A DNA stretch of 64,000 bases from an uncultured Aquificales bacterium (GTDB taxonomy: Bacteria > Thermosulfidibacterota > Thermosulfidibacteria > Thermosulfidibacterales > Thermosulfidibacteraceae), in assembly GCA_964411615.1 (NCBI GenBank), contig CAYPLO010000002.1, positions 1 to 64,000 of the forward strand. Direction: 5' to 3'. The notes below the pieces were generated by a model. That model was not told where the DNA came from and ran no database searches. It saw only the letters and a list, made by a program, of their open reading frames with translations. The position numbers and the translations under genes were made by a program. Shown here piece by piece: positions 33,409 to 42,719 of this stretch. Every line of letters begins with the position of its first letter. The stretch's first letter is position 1.

Positions 33409-35619
33409 TTATGCAAGTCTGTTAAGATGTGAGTCCTCAAAGGTCTCTGTGAAGGTGTCCGGTAGATGGCGTGAACCATAATGGCTACCCGAGCCCCCAT
33501 AACCCCCACTTCCCCCTCCAGAGGAGTGGGCTCCTCCATCAGAAGCACCGCTGCCTCCGTGGCTGAAGGATAGGTTAACATGCCTGAATCCCAAATCCTC
33601 AAGGCCATTTCTCAAATCAGACAGGTCTCCGAACATGGCAACCGCATTGTGATACTCGCTTCCCTTAACATGGAAAACGACACGGACCGAATGCTCACCT
33701 ACGGTGGTAACTCTGACCTTCTTGAGCTCATCGGCATCAAGGGAGACCACAGCATGGGCCACCTTAACGTGGGAGGGCTGAGAATGAAGCTCTTTTGGCA
33801 CATCGGAGGATTGCTCAGCAGTTGGAGCCTGATGATGGACATGGAAACGCCCCCCGTCAACATGTGTAGCACCTGTTCCATGCTGGAAACCAGAACCCTC
33901 AGCACCTAAAGTAGACTCCGGCTTCACAAACCCGTTATCTACTGTTCTACTTGAAGATTTACCATCTGAAAATAGCTCCTTTCTCTTAAAGGAACCACCC
34001 TTCTCAATATCATTCAAAAATCTAACTTCGGAACGAAGAACGTTTATGTCTTTTCCTTTGGTTCCTTGCTCAGTATTGACACGCTGTAGGAACATATCCC
34101 GTTTCACTCCTTCATTCCTCAGTACAACATTATAGTGACCATCTACAGATGTAGATTCATAACTATTACTCAAATCGCTCCTCACGTGCCTATTAAAATT
34201 ACCAAGGCTGCGCACCTTTATTCCGATCTTTAAATCGGGAAACGTACGCTTCTCTGAATCTTCAGGCTTCTCGACAGACTTATCAAGTTTAGCAAAGAAA
34301 GCTAAACTCTCATTATTATTTCTAAATAACTTAATAGACTTATGCTCAACCTCATTGTCTCCACCAATGTATCTAACCACAAAATCACTGCTTTTATGAG
34401 TGGGTCCTTTTCCAAACCTTACATCTCTAGAAGATTTAATTTTCTCAAGCTCTGTCTGCTTTCCACTTTCTCCGAATAGACTTTCAGCATTTTGACCATC
34501 TGAAGGTAACTCGGTTGTTACTAAAACAGCATCTCCTAACCAATCTCTAATTGAAACAGAACCATTAGCAGCAATATTCGAATTATACTTAGTGTGATTT
34601 TTGGAATCAAAAATAAATTGCTCTTTTGCTCTCATATAAGCCTTAGTAGCTATATAACTCTGCGTATCATTAGTATTTATATCACGACTGACTTCATTAG
34701 AAATATGGACTTTATCTTTATTTTTGCTGCCACTAAATAACTCCCCCATTACAAAATTCTCGCCCTTATTGTCATTTATGTTATCATTAACAAAATCAGC
34801 ATTCATACTGGGATCTATCTTGTAATCTACAATGGAACTTTCCTTGGAATGTATAATACACGGATTTCCTACATCGTAGGTCTTAAAAAATACAGCTGAT
34901 TTTCCTTCCTTAATCTGCCCAATGCTTTCCACCATAGAAAAATCATCTGATAGCCTTTCCGAACTATTATCCAAAATCCAAGACTTATACCCGGTCACAT
35001 GAGAATCAATATCAGCTTGAACAACACCATCTCTATTCAATCTTTTACCTGAGCTATAAATACCATTTAACAACGATAAAATTCCAGGTATTTCATCTAC
35101 TTTAAAGACAACTCTTGGCTTATTCTCATCCTTATGTGATTTTTCCTTATCCTTAAAAAGTTCATCTAGAATACTAGTAATATTAGAGGATGAAGAAATC
35201 TCCGATGTATTACAATTATCCAACTCTGCATTTCCAGTCTTCTTATCCGCAATAAAAGAGGAATTTAAGACTCTATTAAGCAAATTATCCAGAAGATTAT
35301 TTGCAGTGTTTGCCGTAGGAAGTGTGGTTTTTTCTTCTACAGCAGCTTTACTTTCTGGAGATGCAGGGAATCTATCTACGCCATCTCTCAACCTCTCATG
35401 GGAAACTATAGTACGAAGTATATGCTCCAGGATACTCTTGGCCTCATCCTGGACATCTTGCGAATCGTTGAGCTTCTCTTTGTAATTCTGCTCTACCAAA
35501 GTTTTGAGTTTATCCTTTAGAAGCTCCAGAAAATCAGCCTGTCCCTTGCCCTGAACCTTTGGTCCCGCATCTCCGTTGCTGGAGTGGGCGAAAAGCTCAA
35601 GTATGAAGTCCAGCCTCAT
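33409..35619 (-). CDS. Flagellar hook-length control protein FliK-like
   Basis: Last gene of the fli operon, long low-complexity polar region, C-terminal T3S4-like domain (AVVSLDADEL..VRV...LRNGLEDLGF). Confidence 0.6.
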   Translation of the reverse strand: MRLDFILELFAHSSNGDAGPKVQGKGQADFLELLKDKLKTLVEQNYKEKLNDSQDVQDEAKSILEHILRTIVSHERLRDGVDRFPASPESKAAVEEKTTLPTANTANNLLDNLLNRVLNSSFIADKKTGNAELDNCNTSEISSSSNITSILDELFKDKEKSHKDENKPRVVFKVDEIPGILSLLNGIYSSGKRLNRDGVVQADIDSHVTGYKSWILDNSSERLSDDFSMVESIGQIKEGKSAVFFKTYDVGNPCIIHSKESSIVDYKIDPSMNADFVNDNINDNKGENFVMGELFSGSKNKDKVHISNEVSRDINTNDTQSYIATKAYMRAKEQFIFDSKNHTKYNSNIAANGSVSIRDWLGDAVLVTTELPSDGQNAESLFGESGKQTELEKIKSSRDVRFGKGPTHKSSDFVVRYIGGDNEVEHKSIKLFRNNNESLAFFAKLDKSVEKPEDSEKRTFPDLKIGIKVRSLGNFNRHVRSDLSNSYESTSVDGHYNVVLRNEGVKRDMFLQRVNTEQGTKGKDINVLRSEVRFLNDIEKGGSFKRKELFSDGKSSSRTVDNGFVKPESTLGAEGSGFQHGTGATHVDGGRFHVHHQAPTAEQSSDVPKELHSQPSHVKVAHAVVSLDADELKKVRVTTVGEHSVRVVFHVKGSEYHNAVAMFGDLSDLRNGLEDLGFRHVNLSFSHGGSGASDGGAHSSGGGSGGYGGSGSHYGSRHLPDTFTETFEDSHLNRLA

Positions 35620-36194
35620 TGGGCCCCCTTCATATGGTTACTCACGGTGGCCGCCTTTGCCGGGTCCATATAGCTCAGTATCTTCGAGGCCACCTGTGGG
35701 TCCATGTTTAGCAAAATGCGTGCCACATCCCTGGGGTCCATGTTGTTGAAGATGGCCGCAGCCTTGGAAGCCCTCATGGCGGCGTAATACTCGGCAAGCC
35801 TTGCGTACTTCTCCGCCTCCTCCTTCTCGCTCTGCTTCTTAATCTCCTTGCCCTTCTGCTTCTCCTCTAACAGCCTCTTCTTTTCCTGCTCCCACTGTCT
35901 CTTTAACTGCTCTATCTGAGCTTTCAGCGCCGCTATACGCTGCTCCTCTTTCTGCTTCTCTGCAAGTAGAGCTTCTATCTCCCTTTTAACGCTGTACATC
36001 TCATCAATCTGCTCATCCAGTGAGCTTCTCAAAACGTCCAGTATCTTAGCCACCTCCCTGTTGGCTATCCTCTCCATCTTAAGGGTCTCTATCCTATCTA
36101 TGCACGTTGGCCCCTGGGCATGAACAGAGACTGCCACCAGCAGAATAAAGAGGCTAAGAACCAGCACTGCCGAACCTCCTGCTCGCAAAATCAT
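35616..36194 (-). CDS. MotE/YlxF-like flagellar protein (MgtE N-terminal-like repeats)
   Basis: Signal peptide, coiled coil, LAEYYAAMRASKAAAIF..MDP repeats; follows fliJ. Confidence 0.75.
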   Translation of the reverse strand: MILRAGGSAVLVLSLFILLVAVSVHAQGPTCIDRIETLKMERIANREVAKILDVLRSSLDEQIDEMYSVKREIEALLAEKQKEEQRIAALKAQIEQLKRQWEQEKKRLLEEKQKGKEIKKQSEKEEAEKYARLAEYYAAMRASKAAAIFNNMDPRDVARILLNMDPQVASKILSYMDPAKAATVSNHMKGAQ

Positions 36195-36579
36195 CCAGCC
36201 TCTTCACCTCTCTTCTCAGCATCTCCCTTCTGAACTCCTCACTCCTTCTCTCTTTCAGCTTCTCCAGAACCCTCACCTCCTTCTGCATCTGCACAAGCTC
36301 CTTGAGCAGCCTCTCCCTCTCCTGGTATAGCCGCTCAAGCTCATCCTTTATCTGCCTTTCCCTCCCCCTGAGAAACTCTAAGGTTCTGTAGCTCTCCTGA
36401 AGCTGGTCAAAGGAGACCACACCTTCTGGAAACGATATAGATACCATCTCATCCTCTATACGGTACAGTTCTTCTTTAAGCTGGCTTATCCTGTGGTTCA
36501 CGTATCCAAGTTCCGCCTTCTTGGCGTCCCTGAGTCTGCTTTTCAGCTGCAAAATCTTCTCAAGCCTGAACCTGAACAT
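36154..36579 (-). CDS. fliJ: Flagellar export protein FliJ
   Basis: FRFRLEKIL.L N-terminus, coiled coil, LEKLKER...LDD; follows fliI. Confidence 0.85.
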   Translation of the reverse strand: MFRFRLEKILQLKSRLRDAKKAELGYVNHRISQLKEELYRIEDEMVSISFPEGVVSFDQLQESYRTLEFLRGRERQIKDELERLYQERERLLKELVQMQKEVRVLEKLKERRSEEFRREMLRREVKRLDDFASRRFGSAGS

Positions 36580-37922
36580 CAGGAGAGGGTCTCCTTGAGA
36601 AGTTCCAGGCTCTTCTCAAAATCGTAATGCTCATCCATACCCTGCTTCAAGAAGCTATCTATCCTCCCTTTATACTTTATGGCCTCATCTATCTCGGGAT
36701 TGCTCCCGGCCTTATAGGCCCCTATGTTTATCAGGTCCTCAGCCTCCCTGTAGGTTGCAAGCAAACTCCGTGCCTTTGACGCAAGCTCGTAGTGTTCCCT
36801 GTCCACTATGTCGTACATGAGCCTTGATACGCTCTGGAGCACATCTATGGCGGGATAGTGGGACTTTGAGGCAAGCTCTCTGGTGAGCACTATATGCCCA
36901 TCTAAGATGGCCCTTACCGCATCGGCAACGGGCTCCTCCATATCGCTTCCTTCCACAAGAACGGTGAATATCCCGGTTATGCTACCCTTATCTGAAGTGC
37001 CTGCCCTCTCCAGCAACTTGGGCAGCAGTGAGAAGACGGAAGGAGTGTATCCCCTGGTTGTGGGGGGCTCACCAACGGATATACCAATCTCCCTCTGGGC
37101 CATGGCGAATCTGGTAACGGAATCCATCATAAAGAGCACATCCAGCCCGTGGTAGTCCCTGAAGTACTCGGCTATGGTCATGGCCACAAAGCAGGCCGCC
37201 TTCCTGAGGACAGGAGGCATATCCGATGTGGCCACCACAACCACACTCTTTTTTAGCCCCTCCTCCCCCAGATTCTTCTCTATAAACTCCCTGACCTCTC
37301 TGCCCCTCTCCCCGACAAGGGCTATCACATTCACATCAGCTTTGGCGTACTTGGCTATCATGCCCAGGAGGGTGCTCTTGCCGACCCCTGAGCCCGCAAA
37401 GATGCCAACCCTCTGTCCCTTTCCTATGGTAAGGAAGGCATCTATCGCCTTCACCCCTGTGGGAAGAACCTCCGTTATCATGCTCCTTTGCAGCGGATGG
37501 GGTGCCGGTCTGTATATGGGAAGCTCCAGCTCCCAGGGCACAGGCCCCTTCCCATCTATGGGGTTTCCAAGGCCATCAAGTATGCGACCCACAATTTGCT
37601 CACCAACTTTGACAGAAACCAGCCTGCCCGTTGCCTCAACCCTGCTACCCACGGAGACGCCTGCCAGGTCTCCAAAGGGCATCATGAGCACGCTATCACC
37701 CTTAAAGCCCACCACCTCAGCCAGTATGGGGCCACCGTTCACGCCGTTGTCCCCTTTGGACCCCGTGTCGGGATGTATGTAGCAGAGCTCTCCCATGAAG
37801 GTGGCAGGTCCCTCAGACTCAACGAAGAGCCCCACAATGTTCTTAACCCTACCGTAGAAACGGACAGGCTCGTAGGCCTCAAGTTCACTCTTCAAGAAGG
37901 AAAGCTTTGACAGGCTACTCAC
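36579..37922 (-). CDS. fliI: Flagellar export ATPase
   Basis: AGSGVGKS, GERGREV, DSVTRFAMA, GEPP, YPAIDVLQS. Confidence 0.96.
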   Translation of the reverse strand: MSSLSKLSFLKSELEAYEPVRFYGRVKNIVGLFVESEGPATFMGELCYIHPDTGSKGDNGVNGGPILAEVVGFKGDSVLMMPFGDLAGVSVGSRVEATGRLVSVKVGEQIVGRILDGLGNPIDGKGPVPWELELPIYRPAPHPLQRSMITEVLPTGVKAIDAFLTIGKGQRVGIFAGSGVGKSTLLGMIAKYAKADVNVIALVGERGREVREFIEKNLGEEGLKKSVVVVATSDMPPVLRKAACFVAMTIAEYFRDYHGLDVLFMMDSVTRFAMAQREIGISVGEPPTTRGYTPSVFSLLPKLLERAGTSDKGSITGIFTVLVEGSDMEEPVADAVRAILDGHIVLTRELASKSHYPAIDVLQSVSRLMYDIVDREHYELASKARSLLATYREAEDLINIGAYKAGSNPEIDEAIKYKGRIDSFLKQGMDEHYDFEKSLELLKETLS

Positions 37923-38763
37923 CTGATACCCCTTTCAGAACCATCTCCTCAAAGTCCCTGAGCCTCTTCTCAAGACTCACCTCAAGGGAGCCGGTCTCCG
38001 TCTCCGCCACCATCTCTCCCCTTTTCAGGGAGGCATCTTCAACAACCTCTATACCTTCAGGAAAGGTTAACTCTTCCAGAAACCTCATATCCTTGGGATT
38101 GACCCTCAGTCTGGCCCTTTTAACATCCGAAAGCCTCCTCATAAGCTCCGATACCGTATTCTTGACCACATTCTCAGGTGGAACGTGAAAGAAGAGCTTC
38201 TGCATGGCCAGAATCACAACCTCTACAACGTGGTCCTCGGCCTCTTTGAGAAAGGCATCAAGACGAGAGCACAGCCCATCAAAAAGCTCAAGGGACCTTT
38301 CGGCCCTTTTAAGTATCTCCCTGTATCTATCCTCAACAACCCTCCTTCCCTCAGACTTCCCCTCGGAAAAGCCCTCCTGCTTGCCCTTCTCAAGCCCCTC
38401 CTCATAGCCTTTGCTCAACCCCTCTTCGTGCCCCTTATCAAAGCCCTCCTTCTCTCCCTTGCTAAAGCCTTCCTGATACCCCTTCTTAAGTCCCTCTTTA
38501 TATCCGTCCTTATAACCCTTGTCGTACCCCTCTCTGTATCCCTCATCATAGCCCGCCTGATAGTCATCCTGCTCTCCGCTATCAGACTCAGCCTCTGCAA
38601 CAGGCTCATCTGAAGGCTCATTCTGACCTTCCTGAAGGGCTTCTTGGTTCTCCTCTTCCTCCGAATCTCCTATCTCAACGAGGGAGAAGAATCCTATACT
38701 GGCATCATCAACCTCGTGGGACTTGATAACCTTACGTGATGATCTCTTCGCCTGCTCCTCCAA
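37915..38763 (-). CDS. fliH: Flagellar assembly protein FliH
   Basis: Long GxxxG repeat run, C-terminal VNPKD...D.SL..G; lies between fliG and fliI. Confidence 0.88.
   Translation of the reverse strand: MEEQAKRSSRKVIKSHEVDDASIGFFSLVEIGDSEEEENQEALQEGQNEPSDEPVAEAESDSGEQDDYQAGYDEGYREGYDKGYKDGYKEGLKKGYQEGFSKGEKEGFDKGHEEGLSKGYEEGLEKGKQEGFSEGKSEGRRVVEDRYREILKRAERSLELFDGLCSRLDAFLKEAEDHVVEVVILAMQKLFFHVPPENVVKNTVSELMRRLSDVKRARLRVNPKDMRFLEELTFPEGIEVVEDASLKRGEMVAETETGSLEVSLEKRLRDFEEMVLKGVSGE
38347..38553 (-). repeat. 17 tandem Gxxx peptide units (12-nt period) within fliH
   Basis: GYDE GYRE GYDK GYKD GYKE GLKK GYQE GFSK GEKE GFDK GHEE GLSK GYEE GLEK GKQE GFSE GKSE G. Confidence 0.9.
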
Positions 38764-39763
38764 TGGAGATTACCCCCTCGTCCTCCAGCTTTCTTATCAG
38801 CTCAACAATCTCCCTCTGGGCTGCCTCCACATCCTTAAGTTTAACAGGACCAAGATACTCCATCTCCTCTTTCAGGGTCTCTGCCGCCCTCTGGGACATG
38901 TTCCTGAAGAACTTCTCCTTCACCTCATCACTGGCCCCCTTGAGGGCCACCGTGAGAACCTTCTTGTCCACCCTTTTGAGAATCTCCCTGATGGCCACGT
39001 CATCAAGGTTGATGATATCCTCAAAGACGAACATGAGGTCCCTCACCTGGGTCACAAGGTCCGGGTCCTCCTTGGCCAAGTTGTCAAGAATCTCCTTGGT
39101 GGACTCCCTGTCCATGCGGTTCAGTATCTCGGCAACGGTCTTGGGACCGCCTATCTCAACGTTGGTTGTTCCGACACTCTGGAGCTTCTCTTCAAGGACA
39201 ACGGAGAGCCTACGCAGAACCTCAGGGGATATATCGCTGAGGCTCGCAAGCCTCTTCACCACCTCAACCCTCAAGGCATCCGGTAGCTCCGCAAGGCACT
39301 CCGCCGCCCTCTGGGGCTCAAGGTGGGCCAAGATGAGGGCTATGGTCTGGGGATGCTCCTTCTGTATAATCTTGGCCAGCTGCTGGGGCCTTATGTTCTT
39401 AAGGGCCTCAAAGCCTATGGAGGTCTCCATGTTCTTCACAAGGCTGGCCACCACCCTCTTAGCCTTCTCAGGACCGAGGGCCTCAACAAGCACCTTCTTG
39501 GCAAACTCAACTCCACCCTTGACCAGCTGCTCCTTTGCCACAGAGAGGGCAAAGAACTCCTTCAACACCTCCTTGGCCACCTCGGGGTCCACCGTCTTTA
39601 TCATGGCTATCTCTTTGGTAATCTCCCTTATGGCCTCCTCAGAAAGCTCCCTGAAGACCTTGGGGGCGACCTCAGGTCCCAGAAGTATCAAAAGTATAGC
39701 CGCCTTCTGGACCCCTGTGAGCTCATCTACCGAGAGATGTTCCTGAACCTGCTCCTCAGCCAT
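38732..39763 (-). CDS. fliG: Flagellar motor switch protein FliG
   Basis: KAAILL, EHPQTIA, MFVFEDI, NMSQRAA. Confidence 0.97.
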   Translation of the reverse strand: MAEEQVQEHLSVDELTGVQKAAILLILLGPEVAPKVFRELSEEAIREITKEIAMIKTVDPEVAKEVLKEFFALSVAKEQLVKGGVEFAKKVLVEALGPEKAKRVVASLVKNMETSIGFEALKNIRPQQLAKIIQKEHPQTIALILAHLEPQRAAECLAELPDALRVEVVKRLASLSDISPEVLRRLSVVLEEKLQSVGTTNVEIGGPKTVAEILNRMDRESTKEILDNLAKEDPDLVTQVRDLMFVFEDIINLDDVAIREILKRVDKKVLTVALKGASDEVKEKFFRNMSQRAAETLKEEMEYLGPVKLKDVEAAQREIVELIRKLEDEGVISIGGAGEEIIT

Positions 39764-41481
39764 CAGAACTCCCCCTCAACCCACGACTCTATTAGCTTTG
39801 CGGCAGCCGAAGGGTTCTTAACCACCCACTCCCTCACCCTTCTCAGCATGGCCTTGGTCTTGAGCTTCTCACTCTTCAAATTCTCAAAGATGTCCTCTCC
39901 TATTATCTCCTTAGCTATCTCCTCGGAGCTTACCTCAACCTCCCCCTCTTCCTCCTCAGCCGCAGGAGGCCCCCCCGGTGCTGCTCCCGGAACAGCCGAG
40001 GGAGTGGTCACACCAACACCTGCTGCCACACCGGCCGCCGCAACCGCTGCCTGCTCCTCAGCCACCTCCCTCTCCCCCTCAATCAGATGCTTAATCAGGG
40101 GCCTCACCACCAGAAGGAGGAACAGAATCAGAAACACGAAGAAGGCGGCGTACTTTATCAAAGCTATTATGAACTCCCTCTGCTCCATCTTCTTCAACTC
40201 CTCCGCCTGCTGTCTGGCCCAATCGTTACGGAACCTTATATTCACCACCTCAACCACATCCCCCCTTCTCTTGTTATAACCGATTGCCGCCATAACAAGC
40301 TTCTTTATTGAGTCCAGCTCCTGCTGGGAGAGGGGCCTGTACTCCTCAACGGTCTTTTTACCCTTCTTAACCTTCTCGTAATAGCCATCCACGGTAACAG
40401 AGGCGGTTATGCGCTTTATCACCCCTGGAGGGACCTCCACCTTCTCGGTGGTCTTGCTTATCTCGTAGTTTCTCGTCACCTTCCTCTTCGTGTAGTTCAC
40501 GGACTGTCTGGATAGTATCTGCTGGGCAGGTCCGAGGTTGGACTCAACTCCGGGGATCCCCCCCGCACCTGGTATCCTGCCCTGGGCCTGCTCCTCAACG
40601 GTCTGCTCGCTCCTCACAACGTTTTCGGGGTCGTAAACCTCCTTGAGGCGCTCTATCTTGCTGTAGTCAAGCTCAACCGTCACCTTGGCCACCGCCTTCC
40701 CAGGCCCCAAGGCCTTGCTCAGCATGTCCAGTATCTTCCTCTCGTACAGCCTCTCCAGCTTCCTCTTGTACTCAAGCCTGTCCAGGGCTACCTTGCCCAG
40801 CTCCTCCTTCTCGTTCCTCACAAGCTCCGTCAGGTCCCTGCCTCTGGTGTCCACCACGGTGATGTTCTCAGGCTTCAGTCCCTCCACGGCGCTTGCAACG
40901 AGGTGAACGATGGCCTTCACCTGCTCAGGGGTTAGGTCCTTATCGGGCTTTATCCTCAGAACCACGGTGGCCTTGGGGGGCTGCTGCTCCTCCAGGAACA
41001 CGCTCTTTTTGGGTATCACGAGAAGCACCCTGGCATCCTGGATGGGGTCAAGCTGCATGATGGTTCTTGCAAGCTCCCCCTGGAGGGCCCTCACGTAGTT
41101 CACATGCTCAAGAAACTCGGTCATGCCTATATTGGTCTTGTCAAATATCTCAAAGCCCACAACCCCACCCTTGGGAAGCCCCTGGGCCGCAAGTTCAAGC
41201 CTCAGGGAATAGACCTTATCCTTAGGCACAAGTATGGTCTTGCCGTTCTTCTCAAGGCGGTAGGGTATGCCTCTCGTCTGGAGCTGTTTAACGATTTCTG
41301 CCGCATCCTTGGGGGAGAGATTGGAGAACAGGACCCCGTACTCAGGGCCCTTGTGGAGAAAGGCCACAGCCAGAAGGCCCACAAAGGCAAGGGCTGCAAC
41401 AGAGGCTATAAGATACCTCTGCCACTTGGGAAGAGTCAGGAAAGGGGCTGCAAGTCCCTTAAGGGTATCCTTAACGGCCAT
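39763..41481 (-). CDS. fliF: Flagellar MS-ring protein FliF
   Basis: GFEIFD, RALQGELARTI, ASAVEGL, GGIPGVESN, RGDVVEV. Confidence 0.96.
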   Translation of the reverse strand: MAVKDTLKGLAAPFLTLPKWQRYLIASVAALAFVGLLAVAFLHKGPEYGVLFSNLSPKDAAEIVKQLQTRGIPYRLEKNGKTILVPKDKVYSLRLELAAQGLPKGGVVGFEIFDKTNIGMTEFLEHVNYVRALQGELARTIMQLDPIQDARVLLVIPKKSVFLEEQQPPKATVVLRIKPDKDLTPEQVKAIVHLVASAVEGLKPENITVVDTRGRDLTELVRNEKEELGKVALDRLEYKRKLERLYERKILDMLSKALGPGKAVAKVTVELDYSKIERLKEVYDPENVVRSEQTVEEQAQGRIPGAGGIPGVESNLGPAQQILSRQSVNYTKRKVTRNYEISKTTEKVEVPPGVIKRITASVTVDGYYEKVKKGKKTVEEYRPLSQQELDSIKKLVMAAIGYNKRRGDVVEVVNIRFRNDWARQQAEELKKMEQREFIIALIKYAAFFVFLILFLLLVVRPLIKHLIEGEREVAEEQAAVAAAGVAAGVGVTTPSAVPGAAPGGPPAAEEEEGEVEVSSEEIAKEIIGEDIFENLKSEKLKTKAMLRRVREWVVKNPSAAAKLIESWVEGEF

Positions 41482-41487
41482 CTAAAG

Positions 41488-41787
41488 CTACACCTGCATG
41501 CGCATTATCTCCTGATAAGCCTCCAGAGCCTTATTCCTCACCTCCATGAGCAGCTTTAAGGATACGTCAGCCTTCTGAAGGGTCACCATAACCTTCTGGA
41601 TATCCTGCTCTTTGCCAGTGGCAAGGGCCTTGAGGGCCTCCTCTGCATCCATCTGCATCCTGTTAACCTCTGCCAGACTCTCCTTCAGAACATCGGCAAA
41701 GGACTTTTTGGGCTCCTCTTTGCGCTTTGAGGTCTCTGAGGACTGCTGGGCAACCTGCCTGTATATCTCAGAGACCCTGTTATTCAT
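41488..41787 (-). CDS. fliE: Flagellar hook-basal body protein FliE
   Basis: SFADVL, EVRNKALEAYQEIMRMQV. Confidence 0.96.
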   Translation of the reverse strand: MNNRVSEIYRQVAQQSSETSKRKEEPKKSFADVLKESLAEVNRMQMDAEEALKALATGKEQDIQKVMVTLQKADVSLKLLMEVRNKALEAYQEIMRMQV

Positions 41788-41807
41788 GGAGCATCACCTC
41801 CTGAAGA

Positions 41808-42263
41808 TTAGACCCTTCCCATCTCCAACAACTTCAATACCATATCCTTGGCAGAATTGAAAGCGGTGACATTGGCCTCAAAGGACCTTGAGGCGGAGAT
41901 GAGGTTCACCATCTCCTCAACCACATCAACGTTGGGGTAGAGCACGTACCCGTCCTTATCGGCATCGGGGTGATAGGGGTCGTAGACCTTCCTGAAGGGC
42001 TTCTTGTCCTCCACTATATCCAGCACCTTCACCCCCTCCGGCCGATTCGACTCAAAGAGCATCCTCCTAAGATAATCCCCAAAATCGCCGGAGGGCTTCT
42101 CAAGACTGGCCGGAACAAAGACCACATCCTTGCGCCTGTAGGGACCGCCCTCAGGGGTTCTCGTGGTGTCGGCATTGGCCAGATTGGAAGAGATAACGTT
42201 CATCCTGATGCGCTGGGCGGTCATACCAGAGGCGGCTATATCAAATACGCTGAAAAAGCCCAT
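41808..42263 (-). CDS. flgC: Flagellar basal-body rod protein FlgC
   Basis: SSNLANADTT, PYRRK, HPDAD..GYV.YPNV, SRSFEAN. Confidence 0.97.
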   Translation of the reverse strand: MGFFSVFDIAASGMTAQRIRMNVISSNLANADTTRTPEGGPYRRKDVVFVPASLEKPSGDFGDYLRRMLFESNRPEGVKVLDIVEDKKPFRKVYDPYHPDADKDGYVLYPNVDVVEEMVNLISASRSFEANVTAFNSAKDMVLKLLEMGRV

Positions 42264-42266
42264 ATC

Positions 42267-42677
42267 TTACCTCCCCGTTATGGCGTACTTGAGCCTTCCA
42301 ATCTGCTGGGAGTAGGACTGGGCAAGGGCCTCGTACATGAGCTGGTTCTCCGCAAGGGCCGCCATCTCTTTATCTATATCGACCGAGTTTCCGTCGTTCC
42401 TCACAGGCTGTCTCAAAAGCTCCACCTTCCCTTTCACCTGCTCTAAGGACTCGGGAACCACCTGGATGTGCTTAGGATTCGTCACGTAAAGGGGAAGGTC
42501 ATCCGTTCCGTAAACCACCTGCTGGAGCTCCCTCTCAAAGTGAAAACGCTTGGCCTTGTATCCGGGGGTGTCCGCATTGGCTATGTTTGAGGCTATGAGT
42601 TCGTGCCTTCTCCTGTGCAATTCCATGGACCTTTCAACAACATCAAGTGCCATCCTTGAGAAGATTCCCTCTATCAT
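42267..42677 (-). CDS. flgB: Flagellar basal-body rod protein FlgB
   Basis: IASNIANADTPGYKA, DGNSVDIDKEM; ATG 42677 (GTG 42680 in frame). Confidence 0.96.
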   Translation of the reverse strand: MIEGIFSRMALDVVERSMELHRRRHELIASNIANADTPGYKAKRFHFERELQQVVYGTDDLPLYVTNPKHIQVVPESLEQVKGKVELLRQPVRNDGNSVDIDKEMAALAENQLMYEALAQSYSQQIGRLKYAITGR

Positions 42678-42678
42678 C

Positions 42679-42699
42679 ACCCACCTCCCACAGGTGGGT
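42679..42699 (-). promoter_or_regulatory. 8-bp stem, 5-nt loop hairpin covering the flgB Shine-Dalgarno
   Basis: Minus strand ACCCACCT-GTGGG-AGGTGGGT then G-ATG; perfect inverted repeat 42679-42686 / 42692-42699. Confidence 0.7.
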
Positions 42700-42701
42700 T
42701 T

Positions 42702-42717
42702 AGCAAATAATGTGCCA
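42702..42717 (-). promoter_or_regulatory. Sigma54 (-24/-12) promoter of the flagellar operon
   Basis: TGGCAC-ATTAT-TTGCT, an exact TGGCAC-N5-TTGC consensus directly upstream of flgB. Confidence 0.88.
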
Positions 42718-42719
42718 CA

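Noticed and set aside
38347..38553. Periodic repeat as a possible CRISPR array or VNTR
   Set aside because: It is a 12-nt coding periodicity from FliH Gly repeats, with no identical repeats or spacers
38736..39746. 336-aa plus-strand ORF (and 39323-40279) opposite fliG/fliF
   Set aside because: Antisense shadow of a conserved gene; Ser/Leu-rich, no motifs, explained by codon bias
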